In this document: piece after piece, positions 63,384-64,000 of the stretch
Layout: each line of letters begins with the position of its first letter
Position numbering within the stretch: position 1 is the stretch's first letter
NCBI RefSeq assembly: GCF_006345805.1
Contig: NC_043007.1
Span: 54,870,001 to 54,934,000 of the forward strand
Length of the DNA stretch: 64,000 bases
Direction: 5' to 3'
Source of the DNA: Octopus sinensis
Lineage: Eukaryota
The notes under the pieces: model-generated
The model's database searches: none
Told to the model about the DNA's origin: nothing
The model's input: the letters and a program-made list of their open reading frames with translations, nothing else
Position numbers and translations under genes: made by a program

Positions 63384-64000
63384 GTATGTAAGTGGCAGTT
63401 AAGACATTTTATCCAAAATGTATACAATGTAATCAGATATCTTCGTGATCATGGCAATGTTAAAACTCATGATGGCTGTGAGTTGGCAGAAACGTTAGCA
63501 TGCTGTGCGAAATGCTTAGCGGTATTTTGTCTGTCTTTACGTTCTGAGTTCAAATTCTGCTGAGGTCAACTTTGCCTTTCATCCTTTTGGGGTTGATAAA
63601 TTAAGTACTAGTTGCATACTGGAGTCGACCTAATCGACTGGTCCCCTCCCGCAAAATTTCGGGCCTTGTGCCTAGAGTAGAAAAGAATATTAAAATTCAT
63701 GAGTGTTCAACTGGTACTTATTTTATCGACCCTGAAAGGATGGATGGCAAAGTTGGCCTTGGTCGAATTTGAACCCAGAACATAATGATGGACGAAATGC
63801 CACTAAGTGTTTTTACCTGGCATGCTAACAATTCTGTCAGTTTGCCACCTTAATCTGCCAGAACATATTAAGACTAAATGTGCAAGTCATCATTTTAAAT
63901 CTTGCTGTTTAGCATGGATGTGACAGTTTATATTTCAATGTATTCTCAAAATATATAGATATATTTTTAGATCAGAGATCATGCAACATTCATTATTTAG

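Overview
AT-rich, repeat-dense eukaryotic genomic DNA. The SINE families, (TA)n/(CA)n/(GA)n microsatellites and gene architecture suggest an octopus/coleoid cephalopod (inference). The whole window lies inside one + strand gene, NEMF (Rqc2/Caliban, ribosome quality control). I traced 22 consecutive GT-AG coding exons from 3209 to 63383 (2239 nt, about 746 codons, all phases compatible); the first exon and the C-terminal exons fall outside the window. The introns hold mariner/Tc1/maT relics (one near-intact mariner), a probably full-length RTE LINE with a twin-priming 5' inversion, Helitrons, a solo LTR, MITEs and many SINEs. The standout is a 2.65 kb array (about 32842-35496) of near-identical ~534 bp non-coding units. 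Each complete unit carries a type I hammerhead ribozyme. The array has 1.45 copies in one orientation and 3.5 in the other, as expected for a retrozyme/Penelope-type element copied from a circular RNA. Four ribozyme copies are sense to the NEMF pre-mRNA. Three other unrelated, older hammerhead-like relics occur in the same gene; two of them share the inverted geometry.
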